Source of the DNA: Somniosus microcephalus
Lineage: Eukaryota
DNA length: 64,000 nt
Assembly (NCBI GenBank): GCA_052327205.1
Contig: CM126203.1
Location: 326,802,001-326,866,000 of the forward strand
Reading direction: 5' to 3'
Position numbers and translations under genes: made by a program. Below the pieces are notes generated by a model, which saw only the letters and a program-made list of their open reading frames with translations, was not told the DNA's origin and did not search any database. Below, in pieces: positions 1 to 9,400 of the stretch. Within the stretch, counting starts at the first letter, position 1; every line of letters starts with the position of its first letter.

Positions 1-308
1 GCGGCTGTTTGAAAGCGAGTAGTGGAGGCGTGGGGATGGCCTTAGCGAGGTGTTCGTCGTCATCGATGACATGTTGAAGGCTGCGAAGAACATGGCGTAG
101 TTTCTTCGCTCCGGGGAAGTACTGGACGACGAAGGGTACTCTGTTGGTTGTGTCCCGTGTTTGTCTTCTGAGGAGGTCTATGCGATTTTTCGCTGTAGCC
201 CGTCGGAACTGTCGATCGACGAGTCGAGCGTCATATCCCGTTCTTACAAGGGCGTCTTTCAGTGTCTATAGGTGTCCATCGCGTTCCTCCTCGTCTGAGC
301 AGATCCTG
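1..308 (-). mobile_element. Penelope-like element fragment (region between RT and GIY-YIG)
   Basis: Minus frame RICSDEEERDGHL*TLKDALVRTGY...RVPFVVQYFPGAEKLRHVLRSLQHVI...PLLAFKQP. Confidence 0.75.
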
Positions 309-770
309 GTTCAGTTGGTAGCACTCTCACCTCTGCATCAGAAGGTTGTGGATTCAAGTTCCACTCCAGAGACTTGAGCACAAAAATCTAGGCAGACACT
401 CCAGTGCAGTGCTGAGAGAGTGCCACACTGACGGAGGTGCCATCTTTCGGATGAAATGTTAAACCAAGGCCCCGTCTGCTCTCTCAAGTGGACGTAAAAG
501 ATCCCATGACATGATTCTGAAGAAGAGCAGGGGAGTTATCCCCGGTGTCCTGGCCAATATTTATTCCGCAATCAACATCGCTAAAAGACAGATTAACTGG
601 TCATTATCACATTACTGTTTGTGGGAGCTTGCTGTGCGCAAATTGGTTGCCGCGTTTCCTACATTACAACAGTGACTACACTTCAAAAAAGTACTTCATT
701 GGCTGTAGAGCTCTTTGGGACATCCTGAGGTCGTGAAAGGCGCTATATAAATGCAAGTCTTTCTTTCTTT
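309..770 (+). mobile_element. tRNA-derived SINE (Deu-domain type) with L2-like tail
   Basis: A-box TTCAGTTGGTAG, B-box-like GATTCAAGTTCC, a conserved body shared with other copies, and tail GCTATATAAATGCAAGTCTTTCTTTC. Confidence 0.85.
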
Positions 771-1382
771 TCAGTTCCAGGGCCCCTCTTTGATAACTTA
801 GGCAGATGGCCAGTTTTCAGGTGCGGGTCTCAACAGTAAATACCAATAGCTTATTTGACTGGGAGGCATCATTGCAGTGGATCACAACCCCACTTATACA
901 TGTGCACTTTTCTGTGTGGGGGTGGAGTATTGCATAGTGATCAGGGCCGAGAAACCCAGCTGATTTTTGTTGCTTTTTTTTTTATAAATAAGTGTGGAGA
1001 TGGTCAAAAGCACTTGTGCAGCTGAGAGTAAATAGCAACAAAAAAACCTTTAGCGTTGCACCGTGAACAATTTATTGTTTTGTAACGGTGAGAGAAATGA
1101 AAGAGTGAGGAGCCTGCCGCGATTGTCTGTTATATTTTATTATTGTATTTACAGCAGAAGAAAAACTGCTGGAAAAAGATACATTTTTGTAAATCTGTTT
1201 TTATCGGCCTGATTTTATTGAACACCGAAGAGGAAAAAGAGAATGATTTGGTTAATTATTTCTGGTATGGATTACTTTGGCAAGGATCAGAAATTTCCAG
1301 CCACTTACTGGAATTGATCTTGTTTATTTTGTTTTTCATTGTACAAAGTCTTCAGTTTGGTCTGTTAGACTGAAGCTAAGAA

Positions 1383-1436
1383 GGGTGGAATAGTCTTTCT
1401 AATTTTCTCGGGTGGAATAGTCTTTCTAATTTTCTC
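1383..1436 (+). repeat. 27-bp perfect tandem duplication
   Basis: GGGTGGAATAGTCTTTCTAATTTTCTC twice. Confidence 0.9.
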
Positions 1437-1617
1437 CCATAAGAAAGAGGAGTATGTCTACAGTTTTCAAGTTTCATATTCATTCATTTGATTGGATTTC
1501 TAGGTTGCAATCAAAACCTCCACCTTTTTCCACGGAAATCCTTTGAAGTTGCATCAAGTGTCTGAATACGAGAGTCCAAACTGAGGAAGGAAGGCAAGGA
1601 GCAAGAAGTAAGTGGGA

Positions 1618-1890
1618 ATGATGATCAGCTGGACAGACTGTGTGCTGGGTCTTGGAGCCTCTTTCCATGGTACAGACCATACCACATCAAGCGCCACTCA
1701 GAGGGTTGAAATGTTTATACAGTGCACCTGGGTGATCTTCTGAAGCTGCCCTGTGATTTTAGAGAAGGAGCAATCATCAAATGGACCAAGAATGGGGTGC
1801 AGCTACCCGCCAGTAACAGGATACATAGCACAGCTCAGGCTCTCAAGATCACCAATACCGCACAGGATGACTCAGGCCTTTATAGTTGTA
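1618..1890 (+). pseudogene. Processed FGFR1-like pseudogene, 5' part (N-terminal leader and Ig domain I)
   Basis: ATG at 1618 (MMISW...). After a frameshift near 1717 it reads TVHLGDLLKLPCDFREGAIIKWTKNGVQLPASNRIHSTAQALKITNTAQDDSGLYSC, compared with FGFR1 VHPGDLLQLRC...WLRDGVQLAESNR...DSGLYAC. Confidence 0.85.
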
Positions 1891-1945
1891 CTAGCTGAAG
1901 TGCCCGGCGGTGCCGAGGCTTTTTCGAGGGCATGTTGTTGTTGGA

Positions 1946-2560
1946 AGAGAGAGAGAGAGCACGACTGGGGGGAAGAGAGAGAGCGACTGGGGGGGAAGAG
2001 AGAGAGCGACTGGGGGGGGGAAGAGAGAGAGCGACTGGGGGGGGAAGAGAGAGAGCGACTGGGGGGGGGGGAAGAGAGAGAGCGACTGGGGGGAAAAGAG
2101 AGAGCGACTGGGGGGAAAAGAGAGGGAGGGGGAGAGGGAGGGGGGGCAGGGGAGGGGGGGCAGGGGAGGGGTGGGGAGGGGAGGGCGGGGAAGAGGGGAG
2201 GGCGGGGAAGAGGGGAGGGCGGGGAAGAGGGGAGGGCGGGGAAGAGGGGAGGGAAGGGAGGGGGGGGANNNNNNNNNNNNNNNNNNNNNNNNNNNNNNNN
2301 NNNNNNNNNNNNNNNNNNNNNNNNNNNNNNNNNNNNNNNNNNNNNNNNNNNNNNNNNNNNNNNNNNNNNNNNNNNNNNNNNNNNNNNNNNNNNNNNNNNN
2401 NNNNNNNNNNNNNNNNNNNNNNNNNNNNNNNNNNNNGGGGGGGAAGGGAGGGCGGGGGGGGGAAGGGAGGGGGGGAAAAGGGGGGGGGCGGGGGGGAGGG
2501 AGGGGACGGAGGGCGGGCTGCGGCCCCCCCCCCGAGGGTCGCGCCCCCCCCCCCCCCCCG
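1946..2560. repeat. Purine/G-rich minisatellite and low-complexity tract with assembly gap (N 2269-2436)
   Basis: About 7 units of GAGAGAGCGACTG(n)AA, then GGGGAAGAGGGGAGGGC-type units on both sides of 168 Ns. Confidence 0.9.
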
Positions 2561-3095
2561 AGGGTCGCGGCCCCCCCCCCCGCCGAGGTGAAGACCGCCG
2601 ATTGCGCGCGCAGCAGGAGCTGAGACACGGCGTCTCTCTCTGGCTCGGCCGGCGGGCCCGGTTGCCAGGGTAACCGTGACGCTGACCAAGCCCCGCCTCC
2701 CGGCCGAGCCAGAGAGAGAGACGCCGCGTCTCAGCTGCTCCTGCTGCGCGCGCGGCCCCCCCCCCCCGCCCGAGGTGAAGACCGCCGATTGCGGCTGTGC
2801 GAGACGGCCGGGGGGCCGGTTGCCAGGGTGACGCTTGACGCTCAGCAAGCCCCGCCCCCCAGCCGAGCCAGAGAGAGACGCCGCGTCTCAGCTCCTGCTG
2901 CGCGCGCACCCTAGCGGCGCTGGGCTGAGGCTCGGCCCTCCAGCCTTCGAGTGGGGCCGAGAGGTGCCTAGCTCGGGCGTGGGTGCGAAGGAGAAGCCGA
3001 GGCTTCGAGGCCTACCTGGAAAAACGGGGAAAGGTAGGAAAATTAATGAGATTAGATAAGTTAATTACTTTCTAAATCATTTTTTTTTAAAATAT

Positions 3096-3795
3096 GGCCG
3101 AGAAATTGAGTAGCCTTAGCGCCGCATTTGAGGCGCTAGAGGGCCTAGCGCCGGAGTTATGGCCAGTTTAGAAATTCCCTGGGGCCCTAGAATCGGCGGT
3201 AGACCGGTAGCGCTGCGCCGGCACCGATGATGTCATCGGTGTGCGCAGCGTCCCGGTTGCCGTGGTGACGGGCCCCAGCGCCGAAATTGAGTTGCGGCCG
3301 CCTCGCCCGTGGCAGCCGCAACTAAGATTTTTTCACCCGAGTCTTCCCCGAGTTAGCGCCGGCGCATTAAGGTCGCGCGGCGGCCGGCCGCTTTCCCGCC
3401 GGCCGCCTGCCCGCACCTCCCTCCCCGGACTCCTCCACCCCCCCCCCCGCGGAACAGATGCGTCTGGCCTGCAAGCCCGGCACTTGTCCGAGGTGCCGGG
3501 CTCATTTTTTTCAATATTTGAACGGACAGCGGGCGGGTGCAGGCAGCTCCTCCTTAACTGAAGGAGGAGGCCTGCACTTCCCCAGCCTGCCGCACCGCAT
3601 CGGGTCCCGCAGCGCCGGATTAGCGCCGCAATGCGGCAGTCAGCGCCCATTGGGAGGCGCTCACGCCCGCCAGTAGCGCCGGCAGCCGTCTGGGCGCGGC
3701 GCTACTGAATTTTTGGCGCGCGCAGGGGGACTTAGCGCCGGCGCTAAATTTCCGGCGCTAAAGCCCTGGCGCGGCGCCAACTCAATTTCTAGGCC
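3096..3795. mobile_element. GC-rich MITE (PIF/Harbinger-like) nested in the Helitron
   Basis: TIRs GGCCGAGAAATTGAG / CTCAATTTCTAGGCC, 3-bp TSD TAT. Related to the copies at 30190 and 43316. Confidence 0.85.
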
Positions 3796-4237
3796 TATGT
3801 GTTTTAAAAGCAACGTTTTTTTTTAAGACGCAGAAAGCGGGAAAAAGAAAGGAAAAGTTTGGAATCAAGATGGCGGCGACTCACCTCAGTTCAGAACGAT
3901 AAGGCCTGGCCACACACGCACCGATTGGCCCGGCGGCACACGCCAGCAACCCGGCGTACGATTGGTCGAGCTCGAGGTCACTCTGTCGATAATGAGCGGA
4001 TGAGATGCTAATGAGCAGAACGTTGAAGGTTTTTGGGATACAGCGGGCGGGATTTTAGCCCGGCCGAAACGTAAATACGCTTAAAACCGTCTCGGAAGCG
4101 TAAGCTTTCTTTGGAGGTAACGCGCGCGTAGGTACGCCCTGTAACTTTCGAGCGCATAGCCCGACAGACGCACAGGCGATGACAGACAGAATGACAGACA
4201 GACAGACAGATGTACCGATTTATATATATAAGATAGA

Positions 4238-4796
4238 TAACAAAGGGCCCAGCTGGTAACCAAATTTCCTACTTTGCCATTAATGTTTTACCTGCACTAT
4301 TCTCCACGAAGGAGGTGGAGGAAGATGGTGATGTGTTAGAGGTAACCTCCAACAAGAAATAAGCAAGGCCCCCATACTGGATTTGGCCAGGAAAGGTACA
4401 GAACACACTTTTCACTGTCCCAGTCATGAAAACGGTCAAGTTCCGCTGCCCGGCTGGAGGTAACCCAATGCTTCGATGGTCAAAAAATGGCACGGATATC
4501 AATCCATCTCAACGAAGATTTGGATACAAGATCCAACCTGCAGCACTGGAGTCTCACCCTGGACAAGTTGAGCCTTTAGACACAGCCAATTACACGTGTG
4601 TGTAGTGGAGAATGACTACGGGAGCATCAATCACACGTATCAGCTGCACGCAGTTGAAATTAGCCAGCTGCCGATTGTGCAGCTCGCACTCCCCGCCAAC
4701 AGGAGTGCGATTGTTGGCAGTAATGTGAAGTTTGTCTGTAAAGTGTACAGTTACCTCTGGCCACACATTCAGTGGCTAAAGCAGGTCCTCAACAGC
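4238..4796 (+). pseudogene. Processed FGFR1-like pseudogene, 3' part (end of IgI, acid-box region, IgII, first half of IgIII)
   Basis: ITKGPAGNQISYFAINV...PPYWIWPGKVQNTLFTVPVMKTVKFRCPAGG...[23 protein letters not shown]...[31 protein letters not shown]. In-frame TAA at 4360-4362 and frameshifts near 4537, 4568 and 4600. No introns. Confidence 0.92.
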
Positions 4797-5191
4797 TGGG
4801 AAATCGCGGGGTGGAGAGCCTCGGGAAATTGCGGGGGGGGGGGGGGGGCGAGCCTCGGGAAATCGCGGGGGGCTCACGCCGCCCGCACTGACCGCGCATG
4901 CGCCGCCCGCACTGACCGCGCATGCGCCGCCCGCACTGACCGCGCATGCGCCGCCCGCCCGCCCACAGCGGCCGTCCATCAGCCGCGCGATACGCGGGGG
5001 ACCTCAGCTCCGGACCTCAGGCGCTAGGCAGGGGGAGGGGCCGGAGAGAGGGACAGAGGGGAGTGGGGGAGCGGAGGGAGACAGGGGAGGGGAGGGAGGG
5101 AGGGAGAGGAGGGGAGGGGAGGGAGGGATAGGACATGACAGGGAGAGGGGGGACACACAGGGGCAGGGAGACCAAGCGCCCCCCCAGCTAG
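4797..5191 (+). mobile_element. Putative Helitron 3' terminal segment
   Basis: GC-rich tandem repeats ending GCGCCCCCCCAGCTAG|T. The flanking CR1 resumes at TTAATACATATTGTG, the A|T position of ...GATCA|TTAATATATATTG seen intact near 53785. The hairpin is weak. Confidence 0.55.
4877..4956 (+). repeat. 24-bp tandem repeat, three full copies plus a partial
   Basis: CGCCGCCCGCACTGACCGCGCATG at 4877, 4901 and 4925. Confidence 0.95.
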
Positions 5192-6225
5192 TTAATACAT
5201 ATTGTGAATAGCTGGGGTCCAAGGACCGATCCCTGCGGTACCCCACTAGTCACTGCCTGCCACTCGGAAAAAGAGCCGTTTATTCCAACTCTTTGCTTTC
5301 TGTCTGCCAACCAGTTCTCTATCCAAGTCAATACCTTGCCCCCAATCCCATGTGCCTTAACTTTACACGCTAATCTCTTATGCGGGACCTTATCCAAAGC
5401 CTTTTGAAAGTCCAAATACACCACATCCACTGGTTCTCCCTTATCTATTTTACCAGTTACATCCTCAATAAATTCCAGTAGATTAGTCAAGCACGATTTA
5501 CCTTTTGTAAATCCATGTTGACTTTGTCCAATCCAGTCACTGTTTTCCAAGTGCTCTGCTATTACATCTTTTATAATGGACTTTAGCATTTTCCCCACTA
5601 CCGATGTCAGGCTTACCAGTCTGTAATTCCCCGTTTTCTCTCTACCACCTTTTTTGAACAGTGGGGTAACATTAGCTACCCGCCAATCCATGGGTACTGT
5701 TCCAGAGTCTATCGAATTTTGGAAGATGACCAGCAATGCATCCACTATTTCTAGGGCCACTTCCTTAAGTACCCTAGGATGTAGATTATCAGGCCCTGGG
5801 AATTTATCGGCCTTCAATCCCATCAATTTCTCGAACACCATTTCCCAACAAATACTGATTTCTATCAGTTCCTCCCTTTCATCAGACCCTATGTTCCCCG
5901 ACATCTCTGGGAGGTTATTTGTGTCCTCCTTTGTGAAGACAGAACCCAAGTATGTATTTAATTGGTCTGCTATTTCTTTGTTTCCCCATTATAAATTCCC
6001 CTGATTCTGACTGCAAGGGACCTACGCTGGACTTCACCAATCTTTTTCTCTTCACATATCTATAAAAGCTTTTACAGTCAGTTTTTATATGTTCCCTGCA
6101 AGCTTACTCTCATACTCTATTTCCCCCCCTCTTAATTAATCCCTTTGTCCTCCTTTGTTGAATCCTAAACTGCTCCCAATCCTCAGGTTTACTGCTTTTT
6201 CTGGCCAATTTATATTGCCAATTTA
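5192..6225 (-). mobile_element. CR1 LINE ORF2 fragment
   Basis: PGPDNLHPRVLKE, YLDFQKALDKVPH and GVPQGSVLGPQLF; truncated at the CTAG at 5191. Confidence 0.92.
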
Positions 6226-6483
6226 TATGGGAAACAGGAGCAAGAGGAACAAAAATGGGAAACCACCATTAAAATAGGATTAGCAAGGCAGTTAACAGGC
6301 TGTTAACTGCCTTAACTACCTGTCCCACCAGTTCCAGATGGGTCAGTTTGGGAGCGGCTAAACAGACACTCACAAAAATCGGGTGGGGGCGTGATGGAGG
6401 CCGGTTGGGTGTCTGAAGCCATTTTTTCCGACTTTCGCTACAGAACAACTCCAAACCCACCTCCTCAGAGCTATTAAAAGCAA

Positions 6484-9400
6484 GCCTTTGTGTCCTCCTC
6501 ACAACTTGCTTTCCCACCTATCTTTGCATCATCAGCAAATTTGGCTACAGTACACTTAGTCCTTTCATCCAAGTCATTAATATAGATTGTAAATAGTTGA
6601 GGCCCCAGCACTGATCCCTGTGGCACCCCACTAGTTACCGTTTGCCAACCTAAAAATGACCCATTTATCCCGACTCTTTGTTTTCTGTTAGTTAGCCAAT
6701 CCTCTATTACCCCCAACCCCGTGAGCTCTTATCTTGTGCAGTAACCTTTTATGTGGCACCTTATCGAATGCCTTCCAAATACACGGCATCTACTGGTTCC
6801 CCTTTATCCATCCTGCTCGTTACATCATCAAAGAACTCTAGTAAATTTGTCAAACACGATTTCTTTCATAAAACCATGTTGACTCTGCTTGATTGTATTA
6901 TGATTTTCTAAATGTCCTGCTATTACTTTCTTAATAATGGATTCCAGCATTTTCCCAATGACAGATGTTAGGCTAACCGGCCGATAGATTCCTGCTTTCT
7001 GCCTCCCTCCTTTCTTGAACAGGGGCGTTACGTTTGCAGTTTTCCAATCCGCTGGGACCTCTTCCCGAATCCAGGGAATTTTGGTAGATTACAACCAACG
7101 CATCCACTATCTCTGCAGCCACTTCTTTTAAGACCCTAGGATGTAGGCCATCAGGTCCAGGGGACTGGTCAGCCTCAAGTCCCATTAGTTTGCCTAGTAC
7201 TTTTTCCTCTAGTGATAGCCATTGTTTTAAGTTCCTCCCTCCCTATAGCCCCTTGATTATCAATTATTATTTGGATGCTTTTAGTGTCTTCTACCGTGAA
7301 GACCGATACAAAATATTTGTTCAAAGTCTCTGCCATTTCCCTGTTTCCCATTATTAATTCCCCAGTCTCATCCACTAAGGGGCCAACATTTACTTTAGCT
7401 ACTCTCTTCCTTTTTATATACCTGTAGAAGCTCTTACTGTCTGTTTTTATATTTTTTGCTAGTTTATTTTCATAATCTATCTTCCCCCTCTATTATTTTT
7501 TTAGTCATCCTTTGCAAGTTTCTAAAAATTTCCCAATCCTCTGGCCTACCACTAATCTTTGCAACATTGTATGCATTTTCTTTCAATTTGATACCATCCT
7601 TAACTTCTTTAGTTAGCCACGGATGGTTCATCCTTCTCGTAGAGTCTTTCTTTCTCACTGGAATAAACCTTTGCTGAGAGTTATGAAATCTCCTTAAATG
7701 TCTGCCACTGCTTATCTACCCTTTAATCTATTTTCCCAGTCGACTTTAGCCAACTCTGTCTTCATACCTTTGTAATTGCCTTTATTTAAGTTTAGGACAC
7801 TAGTTTCAGACCCACAAATTTCTCACCCTCAAACTGAATTTAAAATTCTATCATGCTATGATCACTCTTCCCTAGAGGATCCTTCACTATGAGATCATTA
7901 ATTAATCCTGTCTCATTACACATTACCAGACCTAAAATAGCCTTCTCCCTGGTTGGTTCCACAACATATTGTTCTAAGAAACCATCCCAAATACATTCTA
8001 TGAACTCGTCCTCAAGGCTACCCTTGCCAATTTGATTTGTCCAATCTATATGAAGATTAAAATCGCCCATGATTATAGAGTCATAGAGTTTTACAGCACA
8101 GAAAGAGGCCCTTCGGCCCATCGTGTCCGCGCCGCCCATCCACCCCTGTCCTGTCTAATCCCATTTTCCAGCATTTGGTCCATAGCCTTGTATGCAATGG
8201 CATTTCAAGTGCTCATCCAAATGCTTCTTGAATGTTGTGAGGGTTCCTGCCTCTACCACCCTTTCAGGCAGTGAGTTCCAGATTCCAACCACCCTCTGGG
8301 TGAAAAAGTTCCTCCTCAAATCCCCTCTAAATCTCCTGCCCCTTACCCTGAATCTATGCCCCCTTGTTATTGACCCCCCTACTAAGGGGAAAAGTTCCTC
8401 TTTATCTACCCTATCTATGCCCCTCATCATTTTGTACACCTCAATCAGGTCCCCCCTCAGCCTTCTTTGCTCCAAGGAAAACAACCCCAGCCTGTTTAGT
8501 CTTTCTTCATAGCTGAGGCGCTCCATCCCAGGTAACATCCTGGTGAATCTTCTCTGCACCCTCTCCAAAGCAATCACATCCTTCCTATAGTGAGGCGACC
8601 AGAACTGCACACAGTACTCCAGCTGTGGCCTCACCAGCGTTTTGTACAGCTCCATCATAACCTCCCTGCTCTTATATTCTATGCCTCGGCTAATGAAGGC
8701 AAGTATCCCATATGCCTTTTTAACCACCTTATCTACCTGTTCCGCTGCCTTCAGAGATCTATGTACATGTACACCAAGGTCCCTCTGACCCTCTGTACTT
8801 CCTAGGGTCCTACCACTCATTGTGTATTCCCTTGCCTTATTTGTCTGTCCAAAATGCATCACCTCGCACTTTTCAGGGTTAAATTCCATTTGCCACTTTT
8901 CCGCCCATCTGACCAACCCGTTTATATCGTCCTGTAGCCTGAGGCTTTCCTCCTCGCAATTTACCACCCCACCAATTTTCGTGTCATCTGCGAACTTACT
9001 GATCATACCTTTTACATTCTCATCCAAATCATTTATGTAGATCACAAACAACAAGGGACCCAGCACCGATCCCTGAGGTACCCCACTGGACACAGGCTTC
9101 CAGTCACAAAAGCATCCTTCGACCATCACCCTCTGCCTCCTGCCACTCAGCCAGTTTAGGATCCAACGCACCAAGGCACCCTGAATCCCATGGGCTCTTA
9201 CCTTCTTGACCAGTCTCCTATGCGGGACTTTGTCAAAAGCTTTACTGAAGTCCATGTAAACCACATCCACAGCATTTCCCTCATCCACCCCCCTAGTCAC
9301 CCCCTCGAAAAATTCAATCAGATTTGTCAGACATGATTTACCCTTGACAAAGCCATGCTGACTATCCCCGATTAATCCTTGCCTCTCCAAGTGGAGACTA

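Larger units (their letters stand above)
1891..4237 (-). mobile_element. Non-autonomous Helitron
   Basis: Minus-strand 5' end A|TCTATCTTATATATATAAA followed by (CTGT)n. 3' end GCCTCGGCACCGCCGGGC hairpin then ACTTCAGCTAG|T. No TSD. Removing it restores the FGFR frame (GLYSC-ITKGPAG). Spans an assembly gap. Confidence 0.88.

Noticed and set aside
1946-2130. Regularly spaced GAGAGCGACTGGGG repeats as a CRISPR-like array
   Set aside because: No unique spacers (only variable G runs), vertebrate context, no cas genes.
1753-2909. Six overlapping 219-345 aa Gly/Arg- or Pro-rich ORFs
   Set aside because: Artefacts of G-rich low-complexity sequence and the N gap inside the Helitron.
4596-5027. 143-aa ORF as a functional FGFR gene
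   Set aside because: It has no ATG, covers only a frameshift-bounded fragment, and its second half is tandem-repeat translation.
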